From assembly GCA_030704615.1 (NCBI GenBank), contig CM060731.1:67208001-67272000 (forward strand): 64,000 bases of DNA, written 5' to 3'. The notes under the pieces are model-generated. The model was given only the letters and a program-made list of their open reading frames with translations, searched no databases and had not been told where the DNA came from. Shown in pieces: positions 59,306-64,000 of the stretch. This stretch comes from Takakia lepidozioides (Eukaryota > Plantae > Bryophyta). Each line of letters starts with the position of its first letter. The stretch's first letter is position 1. A program made the translations under genes and the position numbers.

Positions 59306-62300
59306 TCAATATAATCTTACCTCAGTTTCCATGGATGTTATAAATATGGCATCAGTTTTTTTTTCGGCAGTTCGGTGAGAAGTCTCAAAACGGAAACAGT
59401 GCACCGATGCTCTTTTTCCAGAGGGAAGGATGGAACTAACCACTAAAAACTTTGATGGGGCCAGGCAACACGTCCGACAATGGGGTGAAAAGAAGTGGGA
59501 AGATACCCACCATCGACCACCTTCGGATTGCACTGCGCCCCCTATATTGCTCTCTTGCACCACCTGTCCTTCCAGCAACAAGAGATATTCTCCTCCTTGG
59601 GGAACGTTTCACAATCTGTCCACTGTGTAGATCCGAGCTCCAACTTCTTGGCTTCCTGAAGGCTTTGTGCTAGGGCCAGGGCTTGATGACTCTGGCTAAT
59701 TTGCTTGTGACCCTGGATAGATGGGCCGAAACTGCTACTGCAGTTTGTCTAGGAAAGACTTGGATCTGCTGGGTCTACATATCCATTCCTGGAATGAGAA
59801 GTTTAGGTTTGGCAAACTCATGTGGTTCTTCTCTAGAATTTGTGACATAGGAGGCTTCCCTGGTGTTATCATTCAGTTGTAGCTTCTCCACCCAAGGCAA
59901 TGGCTTCTTCGGTTCCCGGGAGGTGGGTGTATTAATCCTCAGGCCAGGGTCCTCCTCATGTATAGATTCTGCCACAGGACTCTGCTCCCGTACTGGCGGC
60001 TCTATGCGTACACACTTTCTCTTCTCCTCTCTTTGTTTGCTATAACGGTTGTTTCCTGTTGCAGAATTAAAGCCTGAAGATCCCCTGCCATCTCTCCGCT
60101 TTCTTATATAGCCTGCTGCTCGTTTTTCTGGCAGAGTCCTTCTCACTACCCCGGGTTTGAGCAAAGACTTAGGCATCACAACCCCTTCTGATCGACAACC
60201 TGCACAACGTATGTCCGATACATCATACACAAGCTCAGGACAAATGAAAACTGGGATAGCTAGTTATCAATTCATTGTGTACCTACCCAGGTGTAGTTGT
60301 AACATACTACTCTCTTGCATTCCTCACCATGGGTGACTAAAAGTGTTACAGGGCTTCAGAATGGAGGTGCTTATAAGCAAGGCCGGCTTACAAGTGATTG
60401 TGGATTCAAAACCACATCTAGGTGTATGTTGTATGTCACACAAGCAATAAAGACTACAAATGATGGGCCCAACAGAGTTACTCTTGTTGTACAACATGAA
60501 AATTGTCTGGTAGAAGATTGCAGACAGAAGCACACCTGTCTCATTGACGCCTGGAGGATTTGAGGAGTCGCTGGAGTGGTTGTCATGCTTGATCGAAGCT
60601 TTTGAACTTGCAGGAACAGGTGGGCTAGTGTCCAACACTGCACTTTCATCACCTTGCTGCACTCCATCTTTGACTAGAACTTGACCTTCGCCATGATGTT
60701 GCTCTTGATGATAGAAAAGGTCTTCCACCTCGTCTTCAAAAACAATGGGATTGAAAGATGAACCTAGTGCTGCAGAAATGTTGGCTAATGCACATTCTTC
60801 CTTGACCGTCACTGCTGCTGGCTTGTGAGGGGGATGTAACTCCTCGCAAATACTGGGTTTAAGCTGTAAAATGACGTAACTGAATCTTTTGAGGAATACT
60901 AACCGTGTCTGTTCGATACAAACTAAACTTATCGCTTACAAAGGTATTCTTGCACTATATGCTGCCACTAAGGGTCATGGATCTCTCCACAAAACCATTG
61001 ACCAGAAAACTCCACATTTCACACTTTCCACTGCCGGTATCTCTTCCAAATGAACCTGACCTCAGAGAAAACAGTGTGCTGCTGCAACAAAGGGAAGGGA
61101 AGGGAAGGGATCATCTATATATAAAATAGAGAAGAACAACCACATACAGACATTAGAGGTAATCCAAGCAGATGTTGCCTAAGCTACCTCGCAACATAGA
61201 GAGTTTACTCCGAACATTGTGCTGTCTATCACAAATTCTCAGAACCATCAGCTTCATATTTTGGCAGTGACAATCTGCCACCACTCCCCTCTGACTTCAT
61301 TAGCTCCCAAAAATGATAATACTAAAATTTCATGGGCATATCATTATACTGTAAATCTTCTTTCTGAAGTTCTCCCGTTCAAATTGCAGGGAAAACTCAG
61401 CTATGACGTCAGCTAGCACTCAGCAGGCAAAGCTAATCAAAAGAGTCAGCTTCTTCACTTGCGCATAGCACTTGAATTATGATGTGAAATTATGTAGGAA
61501 GTATGCCATAGGATCTGAAATTTTACTTTTATAGCTTGTCTTGAGGAAAGGGAACAGATTACATAATCTGCGACTAAATAAATAACCTGCATTTTCATGG
61601 CATTGGAGGTTTGCTTGAATCATAGGTTGGTGCACCAGAATTACCTCTTTAACTGTCATTCGATCCACAATGCACACAATCATACATTCATCTATTTGTC
61701 TGCTTTACCTTGAAAGGTCCGGAAGTCTGTCTCTCGAAAATTTGGTTTGCGGGATTTCTTCTGTCCACCACCAACTCCTCAACTTTGAACTTAACCCTCT
61801 GATTTTGTGTGCAAGTAGCCTGGCAGCATTTCACTTGACAATTTGTTGCTGGTAGATCTCTGTCAATCATCTGCTCCCCACGGTCACACCTAGTCCTCTG
61901 CCTCCTTTGCTCTTCAAGGGAATTTTTAGGGTCCAGAGGCTCATGTGCCATGTGGACCTGTTTTCTGATTAGCGCAGCTGAAACTCCACCAGAGTGTCCT
62001 TCCTTCTCTCTTACAGGCATTTGAAAGCTGTCCTTGTTTGTCCTGGGCAAAGACTGTAAGTTTGTCTGGCCAATAGAGGTTGCTCTATCAAAAGCTCGCG
62101 GACTTCCTAGTGGCTCTGCAATAGAGTAGCATGGAGTCCTCTCCCAATCTATCTGTGTCTCTTTTTCTGGCATGTGGACCTGTTTTATGATTGGTGCAGC
62201 TGAAACTCCTCCAGAATGTCCATCCTTCTCTCTTACAGGCATTTGAAAGCTGTCCACGTTTGTCCTGGGGAAAGACTGTGTGTTTGTCTGGACAACAGAG

Positions 62301-63766
62301 GTTGCTCTGTCAAAATCTCGCGGACTTCCTTGAGTGACTAGTGGCTCTGCAATAGAGTAGCATGGAGTCCTCTCCCAATCTATCTGTGTGTCTGTTTCTG
62401 GCATGTGGATCTGTTTTATGATTAGTGCAGCTGAAACTCCTCCAGAATGTCCTTCCTTCTCTCTTACAGGCATTTGACAGCTTTCTACGTTTGTCCTGGG
62501 CAAAGACTCTGTGTTTACAGTCTGCACAATAGAGGTCGCTCTATCAAAAGCACCCAGACTTCCTCGAGTGACTACTGGCTCTGCAATAGAGTAGCATGGA
62601 GTCCTCTTCCAATCAATCTGTGTGTCTGTTTCCCAGATTGAGTCACCTACATAATTGATCAAATGTTCATGCATCTCTGCTTGTGGTGACTGGCTATATT
62701 TGTGACACTTTTCCAGGATCCTTGGCGGAGTATGCAGATTTGTCGTCTCAATTGGTTTCACAGTACTGATCATTACAGGGCTGCCTCCATTCAGGAGTTC
62801 CTCTACACTTGTGTCCCTGCACTTCTGTTTAGCAAGAATGATTGCCCTCACTGATTGACCAAGTTGAGAGTTGGGATTGTCCCTTGAAACTTCTTCCTTA
62901 ACCAACAGAGTGAGTCTGGGCTTTTCTTCGGAAAAATCCAAGTATGGTGTGTCCTCTTCCTCATAGATGTGTGTTGTTGCTGATCCCAAAGGCTTACTGT
63001 CGGGATTTCCAGGCCAACAGGGAGTCCTGGTGACAGACTCCATTTTGTGCGAAAGGAGGGTCCGAGAAGAAGTTGGAGGAGCCAATACTGCAGACTTGAA
63101 GGCAGACATAGGTACCCCATCAAGGCCTGAGTGCTCAGTCTTCACATAGGGGGAATTAACATCCATAATCTCTGTCCACCCTGCAGTGCATTTTGCCTTG
63201 ATATCAATGTTTCTCTCCCCAAAAGTAAGAGTCTCACTGGCATCAGATGACCTCTTTGTTTCAGCAAGGAGAGACCCCGTGAAGAGGACTTTGGAAGACC
63301 TCTTTAATTCTGCAGAGAGAGCAGCCTCAAAGTCTCTGTCCTTCCTCTTCCCAGTCAAAGAGCCACTACTGCAACCTTTCTCCAGCATGCCTGTCCCCAA
63401 TAGAAATGGAATGGAACAAGACCTAGCTTTTGTGGGACCGCCACAATTTTTCTGAGGTGAATTATTCTGCCTCTCGCAGCCAAATCTATCAAATATACGT
63501 ACTGAGAAGTGTGACTTGGCGATGAGTGTGAAAAGTAGCAACTCTCCTTTCTTAAGAAGATGGTAAGAAGCGAAAGCCTTCCACCCTTTTGTGAAGGCCA
63601 CCGTAGAGTAGCAGGGGCTTTCAAGGCACACGTTGAAGGTCTGCCCACATGGTCCTTGAATCAAAACGATCTCCTCTACATTCATTCCACTGCGTTTTAC
63701 AAACACCGAGGGTATTTGCTGGACAAAAGACCACAAACGAGCTTGATTTAGAGACCATTTACACAT
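59306..63766 (-). CDS. B3/REM-like gene (first exon beyond the window), with internal repeats and a disrupted chromodomain-like tail
   Basis: QIPSVFV..VLIQGPCGQTFNV..FTKGWKAFASYHLLKKGELLLFTL..FSVRIFD; exons ~63721-61708, ~60860-60480, ~60200-59306; tail EVGARIYTVDRL*..EYLL..RWWVS. Confidence 0.85.
61949..62636 (-). repeat. Three in-frame ~225-235-bp coding tandem repeats
   Basis: ETQIDWERTPCYSIAEP..FDRATS..PRTN..QMPVREKEGHSGGVSAA..KQVHM, three times. Confidence 0.95.
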
Positions 63767-64000
63767 CCCAATCCCCTAAAGAGAACCGTATTAAACTAAG
63801 ATCCCAACACTTGATCCCATCCATACTGTGGTAACATTTGAAGTATAATTCAACATCCACTTGTTATGAATAACAGACTAGAGAGGGATAGACGAGCGAA
63901 TAGAAATTCTCCTTCCTATCACTGCGCGCTGCAATACTAAGCTGTAATTAAGTTCTTTGTAGGCATGCTTAGCCCCTCCGCTCTAACACGGCCATGCGTG

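Overview
Eukaryotic land-plant nuclear DNA, probably from a non-seed plant (this is an inference). Three spliced B3/REM transcription-factor genes lie on the minus strand (~1-2.1 kb, 46.4-49.7 kb, 59.3->64 kb); two of them end in a chromodomain-like module. Between them is a dense nest of transposons: Harbinger-, Tc1/mariner- and piggyBac-like MITEs, SINEs, two LINE remnants, a decayed Mutator-type DDE transposase with a WRKY/GCM-type N-terminus bracketed by CACTA-like ends, and a Ty3/Gypsy retroelement with a nested solo LTR and a 1.4-kb inversion. The most unusual object is a ~14-kb cargo-rich element at 25.75-39.55 kb, with an inverted sister fragment at 5.05-7.1 kb. It carries (i) ~15 copies of a CpG-rich palindrome, consensus CACGCGCGATCGCGCGTG, mostly in non-coding gaps and putative introns; (ii) RNA Pol II CTD-like heptads; (iii) a decayed ORF resembling ParB plus a beta-class DNA methyltransferase fold; (iv) FCP1/NIF CTD-phosphatase-like domains with altered catalytic motifs; and (v) a ~2.1-kb cluster of about eight long hairpins, several rich in G-U pairs, resembling a polycistronic miRNA/hpRNA array. 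Together these suggest an undescribed transposon-borne self-recognition or host-silencing-manipulation system. All domain calls come from motif recognition by eye; no searches were run.
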